NCBI RefSeq assembly: GCF_049554935.1
Contig: NZ_CP186926.1
Span: forward strand, 128,001-192,000
Direction: 5' to 3'
DNA length: 64,000 bases
Source of the DNA: Methanocaldococcus indicus
Lineage (GTDB): Archaea; AGJL01; Methanococci; Methanococcales; Methanocaldococcaceae
Shown in pieces: positions 10,405 to 25,943 of this stretch (the stretch's first letter is position 1; each line of letters starts with the position of its first letter). The notes under the pieces are model-generated. The model saw only the letters and a program-made list of their open reading frames with translations. It made no database searches and was not told the DNA's origin. The position numbers and the translations under genes were made by a program.

Positions 10405-11478
10405 GTGATAATAACTATGAAATTTATAGTAAAAACTGGAAGGGGTTTTGAGAATATTGTGATAAATCATTTAAAAAATTTAGTTAAAGAAGATTTTAAA
10501 GCTATTCCTTCACCAGATGGATTTCATGGTGTTGTTATTGTTGAGTGTGAAAAAGATATTAGAGATAAAATTTTAGAGATTCCTGAGGTAGAGAGAGTTT
10601 TAAAAGTAGATTTTGAAGTTCCAGCAGATTTCAATTCTATTGTTAATACTGCTGAAAAAATAAAAGAATTTATAAATGAAAATGATAAATATGCCGTTGA
10701 AACAATAAAAAGAGGAGAAAAAGATTATAATTCAATAGATATAAATAAGGTTTTAGGTGCTAAAATAAAGGATTTAACAAATGCAAAGGTTGATTTAGAA
10801 AATCCTAATAAAGTTGTTTATGTTGAGATATTTAAAGATAAGGCATATATATGTATAGAAGGAAAAGATGAACTTAAAAATAGAAAATACTCAAAAGATA
10901 AATTAAATGCAAGGAAATTATTTAAAAAGGTTGTTGTTGTTCAAATGCCATATTTGGGTGAAAAGAAGGTATGTAGAAAATTTGGAGAGGCTATTGGAAG
11001 AGCAGCTCAGGCATTTGAAATTAGAGAGCTCATTATTGCTCCAAAAGAGAAGGTAGATGCTTATGAACTAATGGAATTTTTAAAAGGTGTGAAAGTAGGA
11101 CAAGAATCAAGGTATGATATACAAAAAAGAGCTTATCCTTTTGACATAAAGAAAGTTAAAGTTTCTGTCCAAGATTTATATCAGGTTGTTAGAGATAAAA
11201 GAAGGAAAAATAGATTAATTATTATTACTGACCCAAAAGGAGATGAGATATATAAAGTGAAAAATAAACTTTTAAAAGATTTAGAAAGAAAAAGAGAAAT
11301 ATTAGTTTTATGTGGTTCAAGAGAAGGGATTCCAAGAGGTTTGTTTAGATTTGCTGATTATGTCTTAGATTTAGCTCCAAAAATGACCTTTGCTACTGAA
11401 CATACTATTCCAACAGCTTTAACTGCTTTATTCACAATATATAGTGAGAAGTTTGAGAATAATGATAACAAAAAATAA
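10405..11478 (+). CDS. THUMP domain + SPOUT-family putative RNA methyltransferase
   Basis: N-terminal THUMP (VETIKRG...VDLENPNKVVYVEI); C-terminal SPOUT knot (GRAAQAFE, TDPKG, GSREGIPRG...DLAP..TFATE). Confidence 0.8.
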   Translation: MIITMKFIVKTGRGFENIVINHLKNLVKEDFKAIPSPDGFHGVVIVECEKDIRDKILEIPEVERVLKVDFEVPADFNSIVNTAEKIKEFINENDKYAVETIKRGEKDYNSIDINKVLGAKIKDLTNAKVDLENPNKVVYVEIFKDKAYICIEGKDELKNRKYSKDKLNARKLFKKVVVVQMPYLGEKKVCRKFGEAIGRAAQAFEIRELIIAPKEKVDAYELMEFLKGVKVGQESRYDIQKRAYPFDIKKVKVSVQDLYQVVRDKRRKNRLIIITDPKGDEIYKVKNKLLKDLERKREILVLCGSREGIPRGLFRFADYVLDLAPKMTFATEHTIPTALTALFTIYSEKFENNDNKK

Positions 11479-12082
11479 GTTAGATACTATACTGAAAATA
11501 TTGGATATTGTATTTACAGTAGAAATTATTGTATCATTTATCCTTTCAACATACAATTTTGAATATAGCAACATACTAATATTTTTTGATTATATCTCAA
11601 TATCTTATTTTACATTTATGTTCTTCTATAACTTAGTTAGAGAAAAAAATAAAATTAATTTTTTTAGGAATATATATAATATAATTGATGGTATTGTTGT
11701 TTTTGCATTTGTTTTATACACTCTACAAATATTTTCATCAAAGGCATTTATTGGTTTGAGAGTTATTAATTTACTTAGGATATTAGTTATCCTTAGAGTA
11801 ATTAAGCTTAGAAATATACAGTATCCAGAGATTATGAACTTTATTACAATACTTATAATATGTTTTATAAGCTCATGTTTTATCTGGATATCAGAAAGTG
11901 GCAAAAATCCTAAAATTCATAATTTTTTTGATGCATTCTATTTTACAACTATATCTATAACAACAGTGGGATATGGAGATATAACTCCTGTAACTACTGA
12001 GGGAAAATTAATAATTATATTCTCAGTTTTAATATTCATATCTGGGCTATTAACAACATTACAAAAAGCTCTACAAAAGTAA
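11444..12082 (+). CDS. mvp: Voltage-gated potassium channel (MVP-like, 6 TM)
   Basis: Selectivity filter TTVGYGD; S4 sensor LRVINLLRILVILRVIKLR. Confidence 0.88.
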   Translation: MRSLRIMITKNKLDTILKILDIVFTVEIIVSFILSTYNFEYSNILIFFDYISISYFTFMFFYNLVREKNKINFFRNIYNIIDGIVVFAFVLYTLQIFSSKAFIGLRVINLLRILVILRVIKLRNIQYPEIMNFITILIICFISSCFIWISESGKNPKIHNFFDAFYFTTISITTVGYGDITPVTTEGKLIIIFSVLIFISGLLTTLQKALQK

Positions 12083-12091
12083 ATAATAATT

Positions 12092-13642
12092 TTATGGCCA
12101 AGTTATTAGTTTAGGAACTTCTGGGAGTTTTTTAATTTTTTTCTTTATTATTGGATGCCAATCATCAAAGTTAAATCCATATTGAGAGAGATAACCAACA
12201 ACCCATCTTGTTAATCCATATCCTGTACATCCTGTCCAAACTTTTCTATTCTTATAATCTTTAATTTTAAATCCTTCCACAAAGTGAGTTCCATGGACAT
12301 TGGCAGATGTTACTGCCACGCCTTTTTTTTCATTGTATTTCTTTATATAGTAAGGTAAAGCTAACCTCATCTCATACTTTGGGACATCTGGAAACTCTAT
12401 ATCTCTTTCCTCTTTTTTTCTACCTTCTAAATAAAATGGGTCATCTCCCACCTCTACCCAATACTCTAAATCTAATTCCTCAGCTAACTCTTCTCCTACT
12501 TTTAAAGTTTTGTCTCTTATTTCTTCAACTACTTCTGGTTTTCCAATCCAAATACACTCTACTCTTAAAAATTCATTTACTCTATCTAATCCTCTTGCTC
12601 CACCACCTTCCCATCTATATGTCCATCCACTTCTATCAAAAAACATTATTGGTTTATCAACATCTATAACCTCTTTCTCAAACAACTGATAGAATGGCTC
12701 ACATTGTGCAGGAGCTAAAACATAACTTGGGTCTCTTAATAAATTTTTTAATTTTTGTATTGGTATCTCTTTTTTAATTATCATCTCATTAACAAAGTCT
12801 TCAAAAAGTTCAGGCTCTCTTTTTGGAGGTGAAACATAGTACATTCCTTCTGGTAAGCCCTCCAAATACCTCATCTTATACATAACTTCTAATGGTATTA
12901 GCTTAGGTAGTAGAACTTCTACAAAACCTATCTTTTTAATTTTTTCAACTAATAACTCTTCAAAAGCTCTTAATAAGGATGTTATTGGTGGAAGATATAT
13001 CCACTGTCCTCTTCCAGGAAACTTTTTAACCCATCCAAGTTTTTCAGCTACATCAGTTGGGTCTTCAAAGAACTTAAACTCTCTACTTGGTTTATATTCT
13101 TTAACAACTGTTCCAGGAGGAATCTTACAAACCTTTGATGTTAAATCCTCTTTCTCTAATTCTTCTCTAACAAATTTTATAGCTCTATCTATAATGTTTC
13201 TTTTTAAATCTCCCTCTTCTAAATTTTCAAAAATTAATATTATCTTGTTATCTAATATCTCACTTTTACATTCTGGGACATTTAATTTTTTGAGATTTTT
13301 TATTTTATTATCTTCAATCTCAATAATATATTTATCTACAACAACCTTCCTAACTCCAATTTTAAAATCTTTTCCTAATTTTTGAGCTAATGCTTTTTTT
13401 AATCTTATTATAGCATCATGTGCCCTACTATATCTCCCAGAGACAATATTTAAAAATAGTTCTTTTCCACAAATATTATAATCAACTATTTTAGATGCTT
13501 CTTCCTCTTTACCTTTTGGAACACCTTTTAAAAATAACTCAGATGAATTTTTTAAAATCTCCTCAATTGCTGCTTTTACTTCTTCATTATCAATATCTTT
13601 ACTAAAAATTATTTTTCCATTTAAATTAAATTTCATCTCCAT
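12092..13642 (-). CDS. serS: Serine--tRNA ligase, methanogen type
   Basis: Methanogen-type N-domain ([13 protein letters not shown]), [23 protein letters not shown]. Confidence 0.95.
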   Translation of the reverse strand: MEMKFNLNGKIIFSKDIDNEEVKAAIEEILKNSSELFLKGVPKGKEEEASKIVDYNICGKELFLNIVSGRYSRAHDAIIRLKKALAQKLGKDFKIGVRKVVVDKYIIEIEDNKIKNLKKLNVPECKSEILDNKIILIFENLEEGDLKRNIIDRAIKFVREELEKEDLTSKVCKIPPGTVVKEYKPSREFKFFEDPTDVAEKLGWVKKFPGRGQWIYLPPITSLLRAFEELLVEKIKKIGFVEVLLPKLIPLEVMYKMRYLEGLPEGMYYVSPPKREPELFEDFVNEMIIKKEIPIQKLKNLLRDPSYVLAPAQCEPFYQLFEKEVIDVDKPIMFFDRSGWTYRWEGGGARGLDRVNEFLRVECIWIGKPEVVEEIRDKTLKVGEELAEELDLEYWVEVGDDPFYLEGRKKEERDIEFPDVPKYEMRLALPYYIKKYNEKKGVAVTSANVHGTHFVEGFKIKDYKNRKVWTGCTGYGLTRWVVGYLSQYGFNFDDWHPIIKKKIKKLPEVPKLITWP

Positions 13643-13839
13643 ATTTAACCCATATCTTAGTTTTTGTCTAAGGATAAAATAAATTTAACAAATATATACC
13701 TTTTTATTATAAATTTGTATATTTAAATATATAAATATAAAAAATAATATTATCAATGTAATATATAACAATTATTATTAAACAAACTAAAAATAGCCAT
13801 ATTCTTTATTATTTTATTTTTTAGCTAACCGTTCATTTT

Positions 13840-13889
13840 GGGCCGGACATAAGCCCTTAGCGCCCTTTCAGTGTCTGGATACTCTGCTG

Positions 13890-13893
<4 letters not shown>
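13840..13893 (-). other. 3' arm of 23S pre-rRNA processing stem with bulge-helix-bulge motif
   Basis: Inverted repeat of 16849-16902; pairing gives bulge AAA, 4-bp helix GGUG/CACU, bulge GAA. Confidence 0.9.
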
Positions 13894-16848
<2,955 letters not shown>

Positions 16849-16850
<2 letters not shown>

Positions 16851-16902
16851 CCCAGCAGAGTATCCAGATTTCACCAGGGCGCTAAGGGCTTATGCCCGGC
16901 CC
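16849..16902 (-). other. 5' arm of 23S pre-rRNA processing stem
   Basis: Complementary to 13840-13893. Confidence 0.9.
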
Positions 16903-16966
16903 TCATCTTTTATCGGGCCCTTCACCCACAACTTTTTAAAGTTGTGGGCTGCATTTATTTTTTTAG

Positions 16967-17039
16967 TGGACCCGGTGGGATTTGAACCCACGGCCTCCGG
17001 CTTGCAAGGCCGGCGCTCTCCCAGCTGAGCTACGGGCCC
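16967..17039 (-). tRNA. tRNA-Ala(UGC) in the 16S-23S spacer; CCA not encoded
   Basis: GGGCCCGTAGCTCAGCTGGGAGAGCGCCGGCCTTGCAAGCCGGAGGCCGTGGGTTCAAATCCCACCGGGTCCA folds as a cloverleaf with TGC anticodon. Confidence 0.97.
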
Positions 17040-17049
17040 ACTAATCCTA

Positions 17050-17100
17050 TGAGGCAAGCCCCTCGCTTGGGTTTTCGGTGTCCCTACTGTAAGCCAGCCC
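17050..17100 (-). other. 3' arm of 16S pre-rRNA processing stem (BHB)
   Basis: Inverted repeat of 18634-18684; bulge AAA, helix GGUG/CACC, bulge GAA. Confidence 0.9.
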
Positions 17101-17112
17101 AAATTTTTTCTC

Positions 17113-18590
<1,478 letters not shown>

Positions 18591-18633
18591 TAAGTGGAGT
18601 ACGGCCGCAAGAAAGGAAAGACCTTTCTTGCGG

Positions 18634-18684
18634 GGGCTGGCTTACAGTAGGGATTTCACCAGCCCAAGCGAGGGGCTTGCCTCA
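18634..18684 (-). other. 5' arm of 16S pre-rRNA processing stem
   Basis: Complementary to 17050-17100. Confidence 0.9.
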
Positions 18685-18821
18685 GCCCCAACCCTTTTGG
18701 ATTGGGGACGCATTTCAATTGCATCCAATAGCACAAACCTGATTTTTGTAATGTTTTTAGGATTAAAACAATGTGGGTTATATTTAACATAGTAGTTATA
18801 ACATAACACTTACAAAAACTA

Positions 18822-21575
18822 ATGACACAAAAAAATAAGATAGTGAAATATATGATTTTAATAATAGCTGAAAAGCCAAGTGTTGCAAAAAAAATTGCTA
18901 ATGCATTAGGAAAAGCTAAAAAAAAGATAATGAATAATGTTCCATATTATGAAGTAGAAAGAGATGGAAAAAAGATTTGTGTAGCAAGTGCAGTAGGACA
19001 TCTATTTACATTAATAGAAAAAAACAAGGAATTTGGAAAGTATCCTGTTTTTGATATTAAATGGGCTCCTGCTTATATAGAGAAGGGAAAAGAGTATGTA
19101 AAAAATTATATTGATACATTAAAGGAGCTTTCAAAAGATGCTGAAGAGATATATATTGCAACAGATTATGATTTAGAGGGAGAGCTTATAGGATATCATG
19201 CATTAAAATACTGTTGTGGGAGAGATAAAGCTAAGAGAATGATTTTTTCATCATTAACTAAGAAAGAACTAATAAAAGCTTTTGAGAATCCTAAGAGTAT
19301 AGATTATGGACTAGTTGATGCAGGAGAGTGTAGGCATATAGTAGATTGGTATTTTGGAATTAATTTATCAAGAGCTTTAATGAACTCATTGAGGGCTGTA
19401 AATAGATGGAAAGTTTTAAGTGTTGGGAGAGTCCAGGCCCCAGCTTTATCCTTCTTAACTGAAAGAGAAAAAGAAATAAAAAACTTTAAGCCAAAACCAT
19501 ATTGGATTTTATATCTCCTATTACAATCATTAAAAGCTTTACATAAAAAGGAAAAATTTTGGAATGAAGAAGAAGCTAAAAAGATATATAACAAAATTAA
19601 AGATGAAAAATATGCTGTTGTAAAAGATGTAAAGAAAACTAAAAAAGAGATAAAGCCTCCTGTTCCTTATGATTTAGGAACTTTACAAAGAGAAGCTTAC
19701 AGTTATTTTAAAATCTCACCTAAAGAGACACAAGATATAGCACAAAAGCTTTATGAGAAAGGACTATGCATACATCCAGAGACACTAATACTATTACCTA
19801 ATGGAACTAAGAAAATTAAGGAGTTAGATGATGAAGGAGAAATATTATGTTTAAATAACAGCTTAAAACTAACAAAATCCAAATATAAACTTTTAAAAAG
19901 AACTGTGAAAGAAAAACTTATAAAAATAACTTTAACTGATGGAACTGAACTTATTACTACAAAAGAACATCCAATTTTGGTTTATAGAAACAAGTTAATA
20001 TTTATCCCAGCTGAAAAACTAAAAGAAAATGATAAAGTAGTAAAATTAAAATTATCAAATAATAAAGGATTAAATTTGGATAGATTTTCATCTAATTATA
20101 TGGATAATAATTTAAAGAGGATAGTAGATGGAGATGTTTATATTCAAAAAGTTAAAAAAATTGAAGAGATTGATTATGAAGGAGAAGTTTATGATTTAGT
20201 AGTTGAGAAATATCATAACTTTATAGCAAACAATATAGTTGTGCATAACTGTTCTTATCCAAGGACATCAAGTCAAAAACTACCTAAGGATAATGAATAC
20301 TTAAAATCTATCTTAAAAATTTTAGAAAAAAAACCTGAATATAGCTTATTTGCCAAGGAAATCTTAAAGAACAATTTAAAACCTGTTGAAGGTAAAAAGG
20401 ATGATGCACATCCTGCTATACATGTTGTAGATATTCCAAAAGAAGAACTTTCAGAAAAAGAAAAGAAAATTTATGATTTAATAGCAAGAAGAACCTTAGC
20501 ATCTTTCTATTACCCAATGATTAGAGAATATATAAAAGCAATTTTAGATGTAAAAGGAGAAGAGTTTATACTTTCAGGTGCTAAAACCATAGAAAAAGGT
20601 TGGTATGAAATTTTTCACTTTCCAAGATATGATGAGATAAATCTCAACCTTAAAAAAGGTGAAAAGGTAAAGATTGACAAAGTTGTTTTAGAAAAGAAAG
20701 AGACACAACCTCCTAAAAGATATACATTATCATCTATAATTAAAGAGCTTGAAAAAAGACAGTTAGGGACAAAATCCACAAGAGCAGAGATTATTGATAA
20801 ATTAATAAAAAGAGGATATGTAAAAGAGGAGAATGGAAGTCTTTATGTTACTGAATTGGGAGAGAGTGTAGTAGAAACTCTAAAAAAGTTTTGTCCTGAA
20901 ATAGTTGATGAGAAATTAACAAGAGACTTAGAGGAAAAATTGGAGAATATACAATATCAAAAAGTTAAAAAAGATAATGTTTTAAAAGAAACTGAGCAAA
21001 ATCTTAGAAAAATTTTGGAAGAGTTTAAAAACAAAGAGAAAGATGTTGGAAAATTCTTGTCTGAGAAAGTAGATAAAGATGTTAAAGTTGTTGGACAGTG
21101 TGAATGTGGTGGTGATTTAATTTTAATTAGGCATAAAAAAGGAAGGTTTATTTCATGCTCAGAAAAATGTGGAAAAACATACTCTCTACCAAAAAAAGGA
21201 AAAATAGAAATTACTAAAAAGAAGTGTGAAGAGTGTGGCTCACCAATATTAAAAATAGAAAATAAGGAAGTTTGCATAAATCCAGAATGTCCATCCAAAT
21301 CTAACATAAAGGAAAATAAAGAAAATATAGAAGAAAAAGATGAAAAAGTTTGCCCAAAGTGTGGCTCAAAATTGATTATAAAGAAAGGGATATATGGAGA
21401 GTTTTATGCCTGTCCAAACTATCCAAAGTGTAAATACACAGAGAGTATAAAAGAAGTTGTTGGTAAATGTCCAAAGTGTGGCTCAAACCTAATTATAAAA
21501 GTGGGAAAATATGGAAAATTTATTGGATGTGAGAACTATCCAAAATGTAAATATACTGAAAAAATTAAGAAATAA
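18822..21575 (+). CDS. topA: DNA topoisomerase IA, intein-containing, with C-terminal zinc ribbons
   Basis: TOPRIM IIAEKPSVA, ATDYDLEGE, SVGRVQ, catalytic SYPRT, GTKSTRA; CxxC repeats at C-terminus; start probably Met11 (18852). Confidence 0.95.
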   Translation: MTQKNKIVKYMILIIAEKPSVAKKIANALGKAKKKIMNNVPYYEVERDGKKICVASAVGHLFTLIEKNKEFGKYPVFDIKWAPAYIEKGKEYVKNYIDTLKELSKDAEEIYIATDYDLEGELIGYHALKYCCGRDKAKRMIFSSLTKKELIKAFENPKSIDYGLVDAGECRHIVDWYFGINLSRALMNSLRAVNRWKVLSVGRVQAPALSFLTEREKEIKNFKPKPYWILYLLLQSLKALHKKEKFWNEEEAKKIYNKIKDEKYAVVKDVKKTKKEIKPPVPYDLGTLQREAYSYFKISPKETQDIAQKLYEKGLCIHPETLILLPNGTKKIKELDDEGEILCLNNSLKLTKSKYKLLKRTVKEKLIKITLTDGTELITTKEHPILVYRNKLIFIPAEKLKENDKVVKLKLSNNKGLNLDRFSSNYMDNNLKRIVDGDVYIQKVKKIEEIDYEGEVYDLVVEKYHNFIANNIVVHNCSYPRTSSQKLPKDNEYLKSILKILEKKPEYSLFAKEILKNNLKPVEGKKDDAHPAIHVVDIPKEELSEKEKKIYDLIARRTLASFYYPMIREYIKAILDVKGEEFILSGAKTIEKGWYEIFHFPRYDEINLNLKKGEKVKIDKVVLEKKETQPPKRYTLSSIIKELEKRQLGTKSTRAEIIDKLIKRGYVKEENGSLYVTELGESVVETLKKFCPEIVDEKLTRDLEEKLENIQYQKVKKDNVLKETEQNLRKILEEFKNKEKDVGKFLSEKVDKDVKVVGQCECGGDLILIRHKKGRFISCSEKCGKTYSLPKKGKIEITKKKCEECGSPILKIENKEVCINPECPSKSNIKENKENIEEKDEKVCPKCGSKLIIKKGIYGEFYACPNYPKCKYTESIKEVVGKCPKCGSNLIIKVGKYGKFIGCENYPKCKYTEKIKK
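19767..20249 (+). mobile_element. Mini-intein (161 aa, no endonuclease) in TopA
   Basis: LYEKGL|CIHPETLILL (block A), TTKEHPILV (block B), VYDLVV..HNFIANNIVVHN|CSYPRT (blocks F/G). Confidence 0.93.
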
Positions 21576-21578
21576 AAT

Positions 21579-22061
21579 TCATTTTTTCTTTATAAAGTGA
21601 CCAATAGTGAAATATTCTTCATCTCCTCCTGAGGTGTAGTAATCATAATCCTCTTTATCAGCTGTTAATTTTATTTTTAAAAACTTCTCTAATATTTTTA
21701 TCTCCTTATCATTTGGTTCTAATTCATATCTTTCAAATTTTCTTAGTACAGTTTCTTTCATTTTCAATTTTTTAGCCAATTCTTCAATTGATAGTCCCAT
21801 TTTTTCTCTTGCCTCTCTTATTACATCTCCATAATCCTCTCTTAAATCTGGAAGAGTATCAAATAAATCTCTATATGGTTTTTTTCTTTTTTGGTAAGTT
21901 GTTGATGATGTTATTAATTTTTTCTTTTTACCAATTCTTGAATAAGTTTTAGGAGTTTTACCAAACTTAGCACAATCTTTACATACTTGCATTTCAACTC
22001 CTTCAATACTTACTTTATAGAGTTTATCAACTAATTTCCCACACAATTCACAAGTCTTCAT
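21579..22061 (-). CDS. Archaeal multiprotein bridging factor 1 (aMBF1, TIGR00270)
   Basis: CELCG...VC.DC.KFG zinc ribbon plus HTH ([19 protein letters not shown]). Confidence 0.9.
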   Translation of the reverse strand: MKTCELCGKLVDKLYKVSIEGVEMQVCKDCAKFGKTPKTYSRIGKKKKLITSSTTYQKRKKPYRDLFDTLPDLREDYGDVIREAREKMGLSIEELAKKLKMKETVLRKFERYELEPNDKEIKILEKFLKIKLTADKEDYDYYTSGGDEEYFTIGHFIKKK

Positions 22062-22142
22062 AACTTTTACCTAAAATAATTGTTTTGTAAAACTTTATAT
22101 AGTATATCGTATATATAATTTTAACAAAACAAAATATTTATA

Positions 22143-22466
22143 GTGATAGTCATGACAGAAGAAAAAAAAGAAATAAAAATAGAGGTTCCTACTGATTTAG
22201 TTGAGAAAATAGAAAAGCTATCTGATTTTTTAAATAAAATTAAAAAGAAAGAAGTAATTAGCAAAGATAAAGTTGAGGAAATGTTAAAGATTTTGGATGA
22301 AATTAAACAAAGATTACCAAAGTTAGAGGTAGATTTAGAAAAAATTATGAAAGCATTAGAAGGAACTGGTAGTGAAGTAAAATTAACATTTAATGAGTTA
22401 AAATTAGATGGAGAAATTAGCTTAAAGATAATACCATTAGTTAAAGAAAAGAAAAAAGAGGAATAA
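22143..22466 (+). CDS. Hypothetical protein, charged and helical
   Basis: 107-aa ORF with coding-like composition; divergent from aMBF1. Confidence 0.7.
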   Translation: MIVMTEEKKEIKIEVPTDLVEKIEKLSDFLNKIKKKEVISKDKVEEMLKILDEIKQRLPKLEVDLEKIMKALEGTGSEVKLTFNELKLDGEISLKIIPLVKEKKKEE

Positions 22467-22468
22467 TA

Positions 22469-22888
22469 TTGAAGTTTGAAGATTACTTAAATTATATTTT
22501 TTTATTTCAAGATGTAATAAAAGAAGGAAATTTAAAATTTGAGATTAAAAATCTCTTTTGTATTGTTGTTGATAACAAAACTATTTTAATAAATATATTG
22601 GATATTAAAAATTTAAAAAAGATAGTTAATCTTTTATCTATTTTACAAGAAGAGAGAAACAAAAAAAAAGATATTGATATTGTTGAGAAGTTAAAAGAGT
22701 TTAGAGAATTATTAAAATATTTGAACAATATAGGAAAAAAATTTAAAGACAACAAAAAGAAATTAATATTTTTATATAAAAATAGAGAGTTGTTCATCTT
22801 AGGAGAAGGTGGAGGAATATTTATAAAATACGCAAAAATTAATAAATTTGCTCTACTATCATTTATAAAAGAATTTTTAGAGAAATAG
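22469..22888 (+). CDS. Hypothetical protein
   Basis: 139-aa ORF with TTG start after GAGG, 2 nt after the previous stop. Confidence 0.65.
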   Translation: MKFEDYLNYIFLFQDVIKEGNLKFEIKNLFCIVVDNKTILINILDIKNLKKIVNLLSILQEERNKKKDIDIVEKLKEFRELLKYLNNIGKKFKDNKKKLIFLYKNRELFILGEGGGIFIKYAKINKFALLSFIKEFLEK

Positions 22889-22904
22889 AATAAAGAGGGA
22901 ATAT

Positions 22905-23819
22905 ATGTTAGAGCAAATAAAAAGAAATACTGTTGAGATTGTTAGTGAAGAAGAACTTAAAAAAATTTTAGAAAAAGATGAAAAAAAGGCATATATTGGT
23001 TTTGAGCCAAGTGGAAAGATACATTTAGGACATTATCTCCAAATAAAAAAAATGATGGATTTAGAGAAGGCAGGATTTGATATAATAATTTTATTAGCTG
23101 ACTTACATGCATATCTAAATCAGAAAGGAACATTAGAAGAAATTAGAAAGATAGGAGAATACAACAAAAAAGTTTTTGAAGCTATGGGATTAAAAGCAAA
23201 ATATGTATATGGAAGTGAATTCCAATTAAACAAAGATTATACATTAGATGTCTATAAGTTGGCTTTAAAAACAACTTTAAAAAGGGCAAGAAGAAGTATG
23301 GAGTTAATAGCAAGGGAAGATGAAAATCCTAAGGTAGCAGAAGTTATTTACCCTATAATGCAAGTTAATGACATAAAACATTTAGATGTTGATGTAGCAG
23401 TTGGAGGAATGGAGCAAAGAAAAATCCACATGTTAGCAAGAGAACTTTTAGATAAAAAAGTTGTTTGTATCCATAACCCTGTCTTAACTGGATTAGATGG
23501 AAAAGGTAAGATGAGCTCATCTAAGGGAAATTTCATAGCTGTTGATGACTCACCTGAAGAAATTAAAAGTAAGATAAAGAAAGCTTATTGTCCAATTGGA
23601 GTAATAGAAAATAATCCAATATTGGAGATAGCAAAATACTTTTTAGAGTATCCTTTAACAATAAAAAGACCTGAGAAGTTTGGGGGAGATTTAGAAATAG
23701 AGAGTTATGAAAAGTTAGAGGAATTATACAAAAATAAGGAGATACATCCATTAGATTTAAAAAATACTGTTGCAGAAGAATTAATAAAAATTTTAAAACC
23801 AATTAGGGAGAAATTATGA
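22905..23819 (+). CDS. tyrS: Tyrosine--tRNA ligase
   Basis: [36 protein letters not shown]. Confidence 0.97.
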   Translation: MLEQIKRNTVEIVSEEELKKILEKDEKKAYIGFEPSGKIHLGHYLQIKKMMDLEKAGFDIIILLADLHAYLNQKGTLEEIRKIGEYNKKVFEAMGLKAKYVYGSEFQLNKDYTLDVYKLALKTTLKRARRSMELIAREDENPKVAEVIYPIMQVNDIKHLDVDVAVGGMEQRKIHMLARELLDKKVVCIHNPVLTGLDGKGKMSSSKGNFIAVDDSPEEIKSKIKKAYCPIGVIENNPILEIAKYFLEYPLTIKRPEKFGGDLEIESYEKLEELYKNKEIHPLDLKNTVAEELIKILKPIREKL

Positions 23820-25144
23820 AAGTTGTTATTATTGGTGGAGGAGCAGCTGGATTAACAACAGCATCAACAATAAGAAAATACAACAAAGATATTGAAATAT
23901 ATGTAATAACTAAGGAGAAGGATATAGCTTATTCTCCATGTGCAATTCCTTATGTTATTGAAGGGAAAATAAAGAGTTTTGATGATATTATAATGCACAC
24001 TCCTAAATATTACAAAGAAAAGAAAAATATTAACATATTAACTGAAACAGAGGCAGTAGATATAGACAGTAAAGAGCAAAAAGTTAAATGTGTAAAAGAT
24101 GGGGAAGAGATTATTTTAGATTATGATTATTTAGTATTGGCTACTGGCTCCACTCCATTTATTCCTCCAATTGATGGAGTTAATTTAGAAGGAGTATTTA
24201 CTGTAAAGAATATAGAAGATGGTAGGAAAATTTTAGAGTATATGAAAAAATGCAAGAGAGTTGCTGTTATTGGTGCTGGGGCTATTGGTTTAGAAATGGC
24301 CTATGCCTTTAAAAAAAGAGGATTAGATGTCTTAGTTGTTGAAATGGCTCCACAAATTTTACCAAGATTCTTAGACCCGGATATGGCAGAGATTGTTCAG
24401 AAGTATTTAGAGGATGAAGGAATTAAATTTATATTATCTAAGCCATTGGAGAAGATAATTGGTAAGGAAAGAGTAGAAGGGATATGTGTAGATAAAGTTG
24501 TTTATGATGTAGATATGGTTATTCTTTCTACTGGTGTAAGACCAAATATTGAATTAGCTAAAAAAGCAGGAGTAAATATTGGGAAGTATGCAATAAAAGT
24601 AAATGAAAAGATGCAAACATCTATAAATAATATATATGCTGTTGGAGATTGTGTTGAAGTTATTGATTTTATAACAAAAGAAAAAACTTTATCACCTTTT
24701 GGTTCAACTGCTGTTAGGCAGGGAAAAGTTGCAGGATTAAATATAGTGGGGAGAGAAGCTAAATTTACCCCTGTATTGAATTCAGCTGTTAGTAAGATAG
24801 GTAAGTTGGAAATAGCAGGGACTGGATTAACTGCTTTCTCAGCAAATTTAAAAAGAATTCCTGTTGTAGTTGGAAAAATAAAAGCTCTCAGTAGAGCAAG
24901 ATACTATCCTGGTGGAAAAGATTTATATATAAAATTAATATTTGGAGACAACAGAAAAATATTAGGTGGGCAAATAGTTGGATATGAAAGAGTTTCTGAG
25001 AGAATTGATTTAATAAGTTTAGCTATTAGAAATGGTTTAACTGTTGAGGACTTATACTTAGGGGAATACTGTTACTGTCCTGCAACAAAGATGGTTAATG
25101 AGCCAATATCATTAGCTGCTGAGGATGCTCTAACTAAATTTTAA
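23816..25144 (+). CDS. FAD-dependent NADH oxidase / CoA-disulfide reductase family protein
   Basis: GGGAAG, redox Cys [23 protein letters not shown]. Confidence 0.88.
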   Translation: MKVVIIGGGAAGLTTASTIRKYNKDIEIYVITKEKDIAYSPCAIPYVIEGKIKSFDDIIMHTPKYYKEKKNINILTETEAVDIDSKEQKVKCVKDGEEIILDYDYLVLATGSTPFIPPIDGVNLEGVFTVKNIEDGRKILEYMKKCKRVAVIGAGAIGLEMAYAFKKRGLDVLVVEMAPQILPRFLDPDMAEIVQKYLEDEGIKFILSKPLEKIIGKERVEGICVDKVVYDVDMVILSTGVRPNIELAKKAGVNIGKYAIKVNEKMQTSINNIYAVGDCVEVIDFITKEKTLSPFGSTAVRQGKVAGLNIVGREAKFTPVLNSAVSKIGKLEIAGTGLTAFSANLKRIPVVVGKIKALSRARYYPGGKDLYIKLIFGDNRKILGGQIVGYERVSERIDLISLAIRNGLTVEDLYLGEYCYCPATKMVNEPISLAAEDALTKF

Positions 25145-25155
25145 AAACTTTTTTT

Positions 25156-25941
25156 GTGTTCATTATGATTATAACTGTTGCCTCTGGAAAGGGAGGAGTT
25201 GGAAAGACAACTACATCTGCAAGTTTGGCTGTTGCATTGGCTAAGTTAGATAAGAAGGTTTTAGTTATTGATGGAGATATTTCTATGGCTAATTTAGGGA
25301 TACTCTTTAATTTAGATAAGAAAAAACCTTCTTTACATGAAGTATTATGTGAAGAGTGTGATGTTAGAGAAGCAATTTATAAGCATAAAACAGGAGTTTA
25401 TGTATTACCAACAAGCTTATCATTAGAAGGTTATAAAAAGGCAGATATTGATTTATTTCCAGATGTTGTCAATGAGATAGCAGATGATTATGATTATGTC
25501 ATTATTGATGCACCTGCTGGATTAAATAGAGAGATGGCTACACATCTTGCAGTTGCTGATAAACTTCTTTTAGTTGTGACTCCTGAGATGTTCTCTATTG
25601 TAGATGCAGTAAGATTAAAAGAATCTGCTGAAATGGCTGGAACTCCTCTTTTAGGGATAGTTTTAAATAGAGTTGGAAGAGATTTTGGTGAGATGAGGAA
25701 GGATGAAATAGAGTTTTTAATAAAAGGGAAGGTTTTAGTAGAAATTCCAGAGGATGAAAATATAAGAAATGCAGCTTTAAAAAAGATGACAGTTCTTGAA
25801 TATAAAAAGAATTCTCCAGCTTCATTAGCATATTTAAGATTAGCTTCCATAATAGCAGGAGTACCATTGGATATAGAAATTCCAATTGTTAGAAAAAAAG
25901 AGAGTTTAATTGATAAAATAAAAAAACTAATTTTTAGATAG
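25156..25941 (+). CDS. minD: MinD-family ATPase (archaeal)
   Basis: VASGKGGVGKTT, IDGD..MANL, IIDAPAG, VLNR. Confidence 0.9.
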   Translation: MFIMIITVASGKGGVGKTTTSASLAVALAKLDKKVLVIDGDISMANLGILFNLDKKKPSLHEVLCEECDVREAIYKHKTGVYVLPTSLSLEGYKKADIDLFPDVVNEIADDYDYVIIDAPAGLNREMATHLAVADKLLLVVTPEMFSIVDAVRLKESAEMAGTPLLGIVLNRVGRDFGEMRKDEIEFLIKGKVLVEIPEDENIRNAALKKMTVLEYKKNSPASLAYLRLASIIAGVPLDIEIPIVRKKESLIDKIKKLIFR

Positions 25942-25943
25942 TT

